Positions 45,570 to 55,990 of a stretch of 64,000 nt of DNA are shown in pieces. The position numbers and the translations under genes are program-made. Each line of letters starts with the position of its first letter. Position 1 is the first letter of the stretch. Below the pieces are notes generated by a model, which saw nothing but the letters and a program-made list of their open reading frames with translations, did not search any database and was not told the DNA's origin. This DNA comes from Histomonas meleagridis 2922-C6/04-290x (lineage: Eukaryota > Protista > Parabasalia). The stretch covers positions 186,001 to 250,000 of the forward strand of contig JAANOX010000146.1 of assembly GCA_020184695.1 (NCBI GenBank), in the 5' to 3' direction.

Positions 45570-46199
45570 GAACAAATGAAATCAATTGATTTTGATCAAC
45601 CTTTTTTGTATTATTTATCAAAAGTGACGAATTTTTTCATTATTTTACCTCACATAATTGGACACTCAAATTTGGTATTCATTATAACATTATTCATTTG
45701 AAGTGGTATCCATATTTGCCACAATAATTATCTGGTTAATGTCCTAAAAATTTTAATTTAAAATTCTTATGATCATACAATGATTGCTCAATTTCTTTAA
45801 AAAGGCTTTATCTATATTTTTTTATTTTTTCTGAAGGGGTTTTGAAAGATTTCTTTAGCTTAAAACTTAAATATTATAAATGTTATTGCAATATCAAATA
45901 ATTATAATTAATTAGTTGAAAACTTAATTTGTGATTATGAATCATATATGAAACATTTATCCAACCAAATAATGTTATAATGAACGGTGCTAAAGAACCA
46001 ATTCCAATAATAAGAATTAATAACAATTACATCGAATTTGAACATTCTAATGGATGAATTTAAGAAAATTCATTTATCAGAAGGAATGTACAATATTTGA
46101 AACTAATCGTGATAAAAATAATGAAAAAGAACAACTGAAATTACCTAATAACACAAATATTATAATTAAATTCTAAATAAAAATGGACGTGAATGTAAA

Positions 46200-46335
46200 A
46201 TATAAAAAAAAAGTGGATTAGGAATAGCTTCAATCATTGGAATTTCCATTTCTGTAGCTGTTGCTTTAATTGGTGGAATTCGATGTTATTTCAAAGCAAA
46301 AAAGAAAAAGATTAACAGAACACTACAACTGTGAT
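46200..46335 (+). pseudogene. C-terminal TM fragment of a decayed surface-protein gene
   Basis: KKSGLGIASIIGISISVAVALIGGIRCYFKAKKKK...*; upstream frames are broken. Confidence 0.4.
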
Positions 46336-46473
46336 TAATCACCTCATTTGGTATTTTGCTCTAACGTTCGCCGATTCAAGACACCGCCGATTTCATGTGT
46401 CGAATCGAAGCCAAAAAAAATGAATGAAAAAACACACGGTTTTATTGAAAAAGTTAGTGGTTGTAAGCGCTAA

Positions 46474-46809
<336 letters not shown>

Positions 46810-47000
46810 ATCTATTTTCGATCGAATAAAATTTTGCTTTAATGAAATTTGCATGCATATTGGTGAATTTTTTTGACTGATGAAAATAGGTATTTGCTAC
46901 CCACCAATTTTATAATATGCTATGGCATCTTAGATGGAAATATTGCATAAAAACTCTTTAAAATAACACATTCACCAAAACTTGCAAGTTCGGGCACCCG

Positions 47001-47080
47001 AAAAAAAAAAAAAACATAAAAAATATCACCTGTAAGAATCGAACTTCCAACTAAGATAAAATTGGCCACCGGCCTAACTA
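47001..47080 (-). ncRNA. Possible Pol III (tRNA-derived) small RNA or tRNA pseudogene
   Basis: A-box-like TAGGCCGGTGG (47076-47066), B-box GTTCGATTC (47044-47036) in a 4/5-bp T-stem, then T6 and T14 runs; does not fold as a complete cloverleaf. Confidence 0.3.
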
Positions 47081-47240
47081 ACCGTTGTTTCACTGTGAAT
47101 TTTAGTTATTCCAAATTAGCAGAAATTTAATTAAAAGAAATTACTTATGCAATAATTTGGAACCAAATTCGAATTCTATTAAACATGTTAATTAAAAAAT
47201 AAAACATTTATAAATCTATATTTATTAAACACAGCATATA

Positions 47241-48030
47241 TTATATTCCGATAAAGTCATCATACTCTTCTTCCTCTTCAACAAAGAGCAATGATTTTGT
47301 TTTTGCGTAAAGAGATTCATTTTCATTTCGAATCCATTCATCTCCGAGAACGGACTCAAAGAATGGATGTTCGATTATCTCAAAAGCACTTATGCGCTTT
47401 TGTGGATCTGCTTCAAGTGTTCTTTGGATCAAATCCTTCAAATCTGGATATTGTTCAAACATTTTTTCAACATTGTCATGAATCAAAAATAAAAATGTGA
47501 GACCATAACTTAAGATATCTGAGGAATATAAAATTGGATCACTATCAACCAGTTTAATAGAATTTTCGAAGTCAAAAATTTGTGGTTTTGGTTCTTCACT
47601 TTCTATTCCATCTACGATCATATTTGCCAGTTTGGTGTTTCTTAGAAGAATATTATTGTTATGTAATGTTGAAAGAGCAATAGCAATTCTATACATAACA
47701 ATTGAAATGAAGCGAATTGAAAGATTAGATAAATTCTGTACACCGAATGATGCTTTACCACATTCGTAAGGCATAACAAGAACTCTGTAAATTTCATAAT
47801 AAAATTGCTCCAAAATAGGTGTCATGTATGGATGTTGAAATTCCGATTACAGTTGAGATGTGAAATCAACTTCAGCCATGTTTCCTTGAGTAATGGAAAT
47901 AAATTTGAGTAAATATTTTTTTTGATACTTGGTTGCAACATACATGCAAGAGCTATTCGTGCTATAACAGAGGCGGTCAAGCTCGTACCCGTTTATATGT
48001 GATCCAAGTTGACCGAACATTCAAAGAATG
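47241..48030 (-). pseudogene. Degenerate protein kinase with an in-frame TAA (47847-47849)
   Basis: ATG at 48030 after an Inr. Kinase N-lobe MYVATK...YLLKFI, catalytic loop LRNTKLAN (no HRD), DFE, activation segment missing, C-lobe PQKRISAFEIIEHPFF. Confidence 0.75.
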
Positions 48031-48273
48031 AATCGAGATGTGGCATCTCCACTATAACCGCTGGTATAGATTAATTTTGAGTTAAAAATGATCCGATTTT
48101 CGGTTAAAATGGTAACTCTTATAATCATTTTGACTCAAGTTTGCATTAGTAATATGATGAACAATATCAAACCTTCGGAATAAAAACATACATATGCAGG
48201 TATCATTCAAAAAAGATCACTTTAAAATAAATTATAAAATTAAGAAATTTTATTCTTTGTATGAAATGTTTAA

Positions 48274-51077
48274 TTATTTTTTCTTCGTTTTAAGCAATTT
48301 CACAATGTCTTTATGTCCTTCTTCAGATGCAATTGAACATGCTGTATCAAATATATGTTATAAATTCCAAAAATTATTTTTTGATTCCAAATTTTGGAAA
48401 TATACATTAATTTTATTAGAGAAATATTTTTAACATTTAAATTAATACCTTTTTGTTTAATAAGTAATTTGACTATTTCAGTTGAACCTTTTCTTGCTGC
48501 ATACATTAAAGCTGTTTCAAACAATTTCATAAAACTTCAAATTAATTTGTAAAACATCAAATTTTTTAATATGAATTTCAAAGACAACAAACAAAATTTA
48601 TCCTTAACATTCAAATTAATTCCTTTATACTTAAGAAGTAACTTAACGATTTCAATTTTATCATTTTCGACTGCGTGCATAAGAGCAGTTTTAAATCGGA
48701 ATAATAAATACCAAATTTTCACAAGAAATTAAAAACTATTAAAACAAATAGCAAATCAAACAAACTAATATCTCTATAATTTATTTGTATTCCTTCTTGT
48801 TGAAGAAGTAATTTAATTATTTCAAGATTTTGGTTTTCACTTTCGATTGCAAGTATAAGTGCATTTTGAAATTATATTCATAAATTCTAAATAATATTTT
48901 GCATCAGTAAAACATTTCATATAACATCAAATAAAAACTTATATACATCACTCTTAACATTAAGATCAATTCCTTCATGTTCAAGAAGTAACTTAACTAC
49001 TTCTGTATTACCTACTGAAGATGCATGCATAAGTGGTGTCCAAAATATTTTAAATAATTTCCAAATGTAATTTTGAAATATTAAATTATTAAAATAAATC
49101 CAAAATAAAACAAATAAATGTCTTTTACATTAACATTAATTCCTTCTTGTTCAAGAAGTATTTTCGTTGTTTCTGGTTGATTATATTTCGCTGCTAAATT
49201 TAATGCATTTTGAAATTATTTAAATAAATTTCATTAAATATTATAAAATTTCATTAAATAACATAAACAAATTTCAAATAACATAAATAAAAATTAATAT
49301 TTTCACAAATATCTTCATGTTTTAATAAAGTTTGTAAAACATCAGCCCAACCTTTTTCAGCTGCTTCAAAGAATAATGTTCTAAACAGATTAAATGAATT
49401 CCATAAATTATAAATCAAATACTAAATTTTAATGATTAACTTTAAATAAAACAAAAAAATATTTTTTGCATTATAATCAATATCTTTTTGTTCAAGTAAT
49501 AATTTAACAACATCAATTTTGTTATAAATTGCTGCTAATAAAAGTGCTGTATTAAATAATTTAAATTAATTTTATAATATATTTAAAAAGAACAAAACCA
49601 TTAAATAAATATCATCTTTAGCATTAATATCAGTTTTCTCATTTTGAAGTAATAATTTAACAACATCAATTCTACCATTATGAGATGCTTCCAGAAGAGC
49701 AGTTTGAAATTCAGAAAATAAATTCCAAATAAAAACTAGAAATATAAAATATTTATAATAAAATCCATAGAAAACATTGAAATATCTTTTGCATTAACAT
49801 CAGTTTCTGGATTATCGAGAATCATTTTAGCAATTTTCTCATTCATTGCACGCATTAAAGGAGTTTTAAATCAAGAAAACAAACGCCAAATAATTATGAA
49901 CAACATCTATAGATTTAGCGTTAATATCAATTCCATCTTTCTTAATAATGAATTCGACAAGTTCATAATTACTTGTACGTGTTGCATAAGCTAAAATATT
50001 TTTAGGTATTTGATGTTTTTCAAGAAAATATTTCACAAGAAACAAATTTCCTGTTTTTGCTGCTTTATTTATTATATCATCATTAATTTCCAAATTTTTC
50101 TCTATTAAATATGATAATATTTCATAGTTATTACATACAATACATTTCTTTCCTAACACATTTAAATTAGCACTTTCTTCTAATTTGTTTTCATAAATAT
50201 ATTTAAAGATATCGTTTTGATGGAATTCAATTGCTGTTACATATGCACCTTCAAATGATGAATTATTTTGTTCGCATAAATGAATTATCTCTATGTTTCC
50301 ACCTGCAACAGCATATTCACCTGTTTTATGTATATCAGCGCCATTCATATGTAAATATTTAAAACATTTAACAGCAGAAAAAAATGCTGCATAATCAACA
50401 ATTGATACAGAATATCGATTAAGAAGAACACATGTTTCATAATGACTCCTTTCAATTGTTTGATTATATGAAAAGCCAACTTGTGTTGATAATTCTTGTA
50501 ATTGTTCAACATTATCATTTCGTATAATTTCGGCTATTTTAGTCGGATTAACTCCTTCTTGAAAGAGTTTCTTATGTAATTCGATGGGATCTTGCCCTTC
50601 CCCATAACTTCGAGCTAAATTAAGTAGAAAACGTGGAACTTCTTGAGGATCAAGATTTGGTTTATGATGAATAAAAAACATTGAATAATTACTTATTAAA
50701 TCATCTGCTTTATAATAACCATCTTCAATTAACATTTCTTCAAGGTAAATAGTTTCATGTCGTGGATATGATTTCCTCGTATTGATGTAATCAAGAAATA
50801 TTTCAATGGGATTTTGGTCAAATAATTTTTCGCTTTCTTCTTTTTCGTGAAATTTCTTTAAAAATCGTAAATTTGTATGAATATTTCCCTTTCGGGCTCT
50901 GAAAGATGATAATATCATATGACATAATTCTAAATTAATTGAATATGAATAATTGGCATCAAATAGATTGACAAGTTCATCAATGGATGCTTCAATATTT
51001 GAATCATTTAACTCAAAAACAATATGATTTATAGATTGAAGATAAGAAAGATGATTTTTTGAGTTTTCTTGAGACAT
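48274..51077 (-). CDS. DUF3447/ankyrin gene (locus C) with ten spacer-interrupted repeats
   Basis: DUF3447 ORF from ATG 51077, followed by ten stop-free ankyrin segments (81, 90, 90, 87, 90, 90, 96, 90, 90 and 72 nt) ending TACSIASEEGHKDIVKLLKTKKK*. Confidence 0.8.
48346..49910 (-). other. Ten ankyrin-interrupting spacers: 49865-49910, 49704-49783, 49551-49613, 49380-49460, 49210-49292, 49040-49119, 48866-48949, 48690-48769, 48516-48599, 48346-48425
   Basis: Lengths 46, 80, 63, 81, 83, 80, 84, 80, 84 and 80 nt; all between the D-position and T-position codons; they contain stops and/or shift frame. Confidence 0.85.
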
Positions 51078-51522
51078 TTTCTGGTGATTTAATTTGAAAT
51101 TTGCATCAAACGAAAAGTTATTGGATTTGTGTAGGATATCGGCAATAACCGAAATCGACCACCCACAAAACAGGATGATCAAAATATATTCAAATTCCAC
51201 ACTACTTTTGCGCAAAAGTCTTTTTAAATGTCATAAAACGTTTATTGGAAGTTAAGAAAAATAATTTACTTTTTTTTTTCACGATCACATCGAAACCATA
51301 ATTAAAAACAATGGAAAGTTTATGCGATATTCGTTTTGTGTAAAGAAATGATAGAGTTGAATGAATGGAAAATGATGGACCACTGAATCTGAAGGAATAA
51401 ATAAAGTTATTTCATTTATGTACCAATAAAAGAAACATTTCGAAACGAATTTAAATTTTCAGCAAAACGAAAATTAAAGAAATAATTACCAATTCACAAA
51501 ATAATTTATTAATATTTATCAC

Positions 51523-54500
51523 TTACATCTTAAAGTTGATTATCTGTGGCAATTCTCTATAATTAAATTCCAATTTGAATGGTTTTCTTTTATCGGCATT
51601 TTTCGTTCTTGGTTTCTTAATTTCTGTTTCGTTTTTCTTTGGCTCCACTTGATCTGTTTGTTCCAACATTTGTTCCTGTTGTTTTTTATCTGTTTTCTTT
51701 TTTCTTCTTTTTACATCTTGTTGCCCTTGATTTACATTTTGATGATCTTGCTGTTGTTGATCAATGAAATTAAATCTTCGAATAGGATTCGCATATAATC
51801 TCAAGTATCTTCTTACTGGTAAATTTGTTATAACAATCATCTTCAATCGTTGCATAACAAGTACATGTTTAGCGAAGAAGCTATTAGCAAATTGTTTTAA
51901 ACTTGTTCTCATTACTGCATCATATTGATTGTTCCCATATATCTCTATATTTACTGTATGTAATGACAATAATTTACTATAACCAAATTGACATATACCT
52001 TCAATCAATGCTTGATCATGTTCGATCTTCCAATCTTTTGGTAACTCCAATTGATCTCTAAACACGGTAGGTAACGAAGGCCATAATTGTCGAATATAAT
52101 TTAACACATAAAATCGACTTTTTAAAGATTTGATATCTTGTTCTGGTATAACGATGGTGGGGTACCTCAAATCCGTTACCCTATCGTTGTCGTTATCGTC
52201 GTTAACAATGACATTTGTATTTAATATTAATTGTTGATAAGGTCCAACTGTTGTTAATGATTTAATAAAATATTTCACATAACTTGAAATCATTTTTGTG
52301 TTTTTTGAGGTGATCCTAGCGATAGCTTGGAATTCTTCCCAATCACTTTCACTAGCAATTGTTTGAGGGATAAAATATTCTTGTAATGCATAAATAATCG
52401 AACGATGTTCGAAGTCATTCCAAAACCCAAAAAACGGTCCGTTTTCGAACGTTAACACTAACGGCCTAATTAACGGATTCGAGTTTAACGTATTCAGCCC
52501 ATTCAATTTCATTTCATGTAAAACGTATGAAAACAAATCTTGAGCAATTGCTAAATATAATGAATTAAACATATTCTTTAGCATGTCATCACTATAATTT
52601 AATATTTGTACACTTTTCGCTATCAATTGCCAATTTTCACCATATTCCAAAAATGATTTAATTAATCTATAAATTTGTTCCGGATTAATATTTTGATTAC
52701 CAATGAAAAAACGTGGTGGTAAATAATTAATTGGTCTTACTGACAAAAATGCTCTAACGATCCAATTCTTAGTAAATTGCATTAAATGATTATCAATAGT
52801 TTCTTGCGAATGTAATAACCTACCGAATGGTGTACTATTAAATAATGTTGTTGACATTAATTGATCTGTTTGCGCTAAGTGTTGCCAATACATATTATCT
52901 TGATGAAACTCTGTGGTGAATGCCTCGTTATTAAATTGATACCACAGAATCGAATTAATGACATTATAATTCGGTAAATATTTCGGAGAGATATTACTAA
53001 TTAAACTTAATAATATGGATTTGCCATAGACAACAACTTCTTCAATTGGTTTCTCTACAAAATTAGAAATGCGTTCCCATTGATTAATGCCAAAGCGAAA
53101 CATCGCTGTAAGTAATTGTGCACAATCGGGACTTTTCCACGCGCTTTTGTTGCTTCCTAATGATGGACTTAATGACCCAAATATTGAATCCCAAAAATCT
53201 GTCGATGAAATTTTGGAATGATCAAATCCAATGATATCTTTAATATGCATAAAATCATTTGGATAATGAAGTTGAAGATCTGTTTGTTGTTCTTGTTGTT
53301 GTGATCGTTGTGGATCTGATAATAAAAAAGCAATTCGAAAATATGTATCGACTTCAAACGTGTTCATTAGTGAGAAGTTCAAACAACCGCCGTCAATTGA
53401 ATTACTGCCTTCAATTGTGTTGGCAAAAATCTCGGATTCAATGGAATTCTGTGTGAGTATGTGATAAACAGGTATTGAATGATCAGGATTTTTTGATAGA
53501 ATATATTGAATGAAATTGACTTCCGATTTAAAATTCTTTGCAATATCCACGAAAATAATCTGTTGTAAACCCGTTATAAATCTGTCAATTTTTGTTGTTA
53601 ATATATCTCTTGTTAATAAGATAACACTACCAACAAAATCATTTTTAACATTATCATTTTCAATGTTCGAATTTAAAATTGAACAACCCTTACCAGTTGA
53701 AGTTATAACCTTATGTATTAAACGTAATAAACATAAACTATCCGAAACTACAAATGTTAGATTTATGTTTTCGATCATTTCTAAAATTTTCATAATTTTC
53801 GAATTTGTTGATATTATAAAATCAATTTTTTGTGAATCATCAAGAACAGTATGTTCATTAACGCCATTCTTGAACATATATTCTTGTTTTAATACATGAT
53901 AAAATGTTGGTATAGCAATTGGGTTAAATGATAAATAATAAAGTTGTTGAACTAATTTCGTACCACGTAAAGATGATGAACGACTTTGTTTCGTACGAAA
54001 CACAGAACTAATCCATTTATATGTTATATTTTTTATACTATTCGGTACAAATATAATATTCTCATCAAAATTAAATACACTATTTTTTGCAAATTCATAA
54101 TCAATTGGTATATAATCTTCATTCGGTATGTCGCTTAATAAAACAGTAAATGTGTTCGCTCGTTCGATAAATTTATTGTCAACTTTAATTGTAGATGAAT
54201 GAATCATGTCAATAATAATGTTCCCCCAATGAAATTTCTTAAAGATATTCCTATCTTGTCCATAAATAGTTGGACTAGTAATCACTACATCGAACAATTT
54301 ATCATCAAAACCATGTGTTCGAACAAATGTACGCTCAGATACGGGTCCGAAGTATTCGATCCATTTCAAATTAGTCGTAAGTGAAATTGTATCTTTCCAA
54401 ATATATGAAGAATATTCATCTGTGATTATTAATGTACTTCTTGAAAATGAAAATTGGGCAACTAAATTATGAATAAAACTAACACATGCTAAAACTCGTC

Positions 54501-55647
54501 CAGTGCCGGCGCCCGTTAAAATTTGTACGTTATTTCCGTTTAATTTTGATTTGAATAAATCGAACACGATTTGGTTCTGTAAGTCTGTTAAAGGAATTCT
54601 ATCAACTGGAACTACTTGTGTTATTGGACTTAAAGGTATTTCATGCGATTGACGTCGTCTTAAATAAGATTGATGAAATCGATCAAATTGATCAATATTA
54701 ACACATGAAAATATTTCCCCTTTTAATGATCGTATGGTTTCCCATGTTGACTCACTGGGTGGTAACCCTTTCCATTGAATTAAATATTCAAATTCATCAC
54801 GATCATCATTACTTGATTCATCTGATAATGAATTAGGAACTTCACCTTGAAGTGTATAAACTCCGTTTGGTTGAAGAAACATTCCTACTTCACAATCTGT
54901 TGGTAAAAATGGATTATCAAATTTTTTCATCTGTTCAAATGGTTTTAATTCATCAAGAGGATACCCTGGAAAATATATAGAACTATCATTGATGAAAGAA
55001 GGAATATTAATTTTGAAATCATTTGTTTGACGATGAGATAATATTCTATCAATAAAAAAATTTTCAATTTTAAATGGAGTACCTAATGGTTCATAACATT
55101 GAGCACCTACATCTGACATTACTGTTGTAGTTTCTTGTACTATTTTGTTGTATTGTACTAAGTATTTATAAGATCTTGTACCTGACTTAATTTCTTCTTC
55201 TGGAACAAGAGTACAATGAATTGGTGCTTTTGCGATCCATCTTACAAGATATTTTATTCTATTGGCTTGTTCATGTACTTGGCAAAAAATTTCACAAATT
55301 GCAGGTCCATCTCCATGATCACTAGCTTCTTCAACTTCATCTGATTCATAGTCACTTTCTACATAAATTGAATGAGAACTTGAACTTCTAGTTCTTGTTG
55401 ATCTTCTTGGTGAAATATCATTATAAGTTCTCGTATCAGTAACAAAATCAGCATCTGAATCTGAATCTTCTGGTCTTTTCTTTTTTGGTCTACCTCTTTT
55501 TTTTTTTGAATTTGGTGAAGGTTGTTGTTGTGGGATCATTCCAGTGAGTGGTACATTAAAAACATTCTGTGGAAAACGTTGATTTGAAGATTGATTTTGC
55601 ATGTATATATTTTGTTGAAAGGAAAACCCTTGCCCGGGAAAAGACAT
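51523..55647 (-). CDS. CHD-like chromatin protein (AT-hook, two chromodomains, degenerate SNF2 ATPase, SANT/SLIDE-like region)
   Basis: KKRGRPKK; IKYLVRWIAKAPIHCT and FEYLIQWKGLPPSESTWE; Walker A region GAGTGRV and Walker B region IIIDMIH; WKIEHDQALIEGICQFGY. Confidence 0.75.
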   Translation of the reverse strand: MSFPGQGFSFQQNIYMQNQSSNQRFPQNVFNVPLTGMIPQQQPSPNSKKKRGRPKKKRPEDSDSDADFVTDTRTYNDISPRRSTRTRSSSSHSIYVESDYESDEVEEASDHGDGPAICEIFCQVHEQANRIKYLVRWIAKAPIHCTLVPEEEIKSGTRSYKYLVQYNKIVQETTTVMSDVGAQCYEPLGTPFKIENFFIDRILSHRQTNDFKINIPSFINDSSIYFPGYPLDELKPFEQMKKFDNPFLPTDCEVGMFLQPNGVYTLQGEVPNSLSDESSNDDRDEFEYLIQWKGLPPSESTWETIRSLKGEIFSCVNIDQFDRFHQSYLRRRQSHEIPLSPITQVVPVDRIPLTDLQNQIVFDLFKSKLNGNNVQILTGAGTGRVLACVSFIHNLVAQFSFSRSTLIITDEYSSYIWKDTISLTTNLKWIEYFGPVSERTFVRTHGFDDKLFDVVITSPTIYGQDRNIFKKFHWGNIIIDMIHSSTIKVDNKFIERANTFTVLLSDIPNEDYIPIDYEFAKNSVFNFDENIIFVPNSIKNITYKWISSVFRTKQSRSSSLRGTKLVQQLYYLSFNPIAIPTFYHVLKQEYMFKNGVNEHTVLDDSQKIDFIISTNSKIMKILEMIENINLTFVVSDSLCLLRLIHKVITSTGKGCSILNSNIENDNVKNDFVGSVILLTRDILTTKIDRFITGLQQIIFVDIAKNFKSEVNFIQYILSKNPDHSIPVYHILTQNSIESEIFANTIEGSNSIDGGCLNFSLMNTFEVDTYFRIAFLLSDPQRSQQQEQQTDLQLHYPNDFMHIKDIIGFDHSKISSTDFWDSIFGSLSPSLGSNKSAWKSPDCAQLLTAMFRFGINQWERISNFVEKPIEEVVVYGKSILLSLISNISPKYLPNYNVINSILWYQFNNEAFTTEFHQDNMYWQHLAQTDQLMSTTLFNSTPFGRLLHSQETIDNHLMQFTKNWIVRAFLSVRPINYLPPRFFIGNQNINPEQIYRLIKSFLEYGENWQLIAKSVQILNYSDDMLKNMFNSLYLAIAQDLFSYVLHEMKLNGLNTLNSNPLIRPLVLTFENGPFFGFWNDFEHRSIIYALQEYFIPQTIASESDWEEFQAIARITSKNTKMISSYVKYFIKSLTTVGPYQQLILNTNVIVNDDNDNDRVTDLRYPTIVIPEQDIKSLKSRFYVLNYIRQLWPSLPTVFRDQLELPKDWKIEHDQALIEGICQFGYSKLLSLHTVNIEIYGNNQYDAVMRTSLKQFANSFFAKHVLVMQRLKMIVITNLPVRRYLRLYANPIRRFNFIDQQQQDHQNVNQGQQDVKRRKKKTDKKQQEQMLEQTDQVEPKKNETEIKKPRTKNADKRKPFKLEFNYRELPQIINFKM

Positions 55648-55990
55648 TGGATCTGTCACTTTTATTAAACCGCACACAAAGACATAAAAAATCCATTATG
55701 TATAATAAAAATAGTTATAATTACATTAATAAACGCAACCATTAATTCTTAAACTACTTCCTACTTTATAACACTTAAGTCTAAAAAATGAAAATTAATA
55801 ATTTGAAATTATTTTATTTTCGAAAAACTAGTTAATATTTAAAACATTCTAGAGTTAGCCATGATAAAAGCTCATAGTATACTGATTGGATTTGTTTGTT
55901 AATGTTTTTTGATAAGATAAGATGAAATAGGACAGACCCATTCAATTTCTATCAATATAAACCTCCGAAACTATTTACAATATTTTTAAA

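Noticed and set aside
48346-49910. Spacers as U12-type AT-AC introns (G|AT ATT ... AAT AC|A GCA)
   Set aside because: No ATATCCTT or TCCTTAAC motifs; excision at these AT/AC positions puts the next repeat out of frame; several copies have AAT rather than AC at that site.
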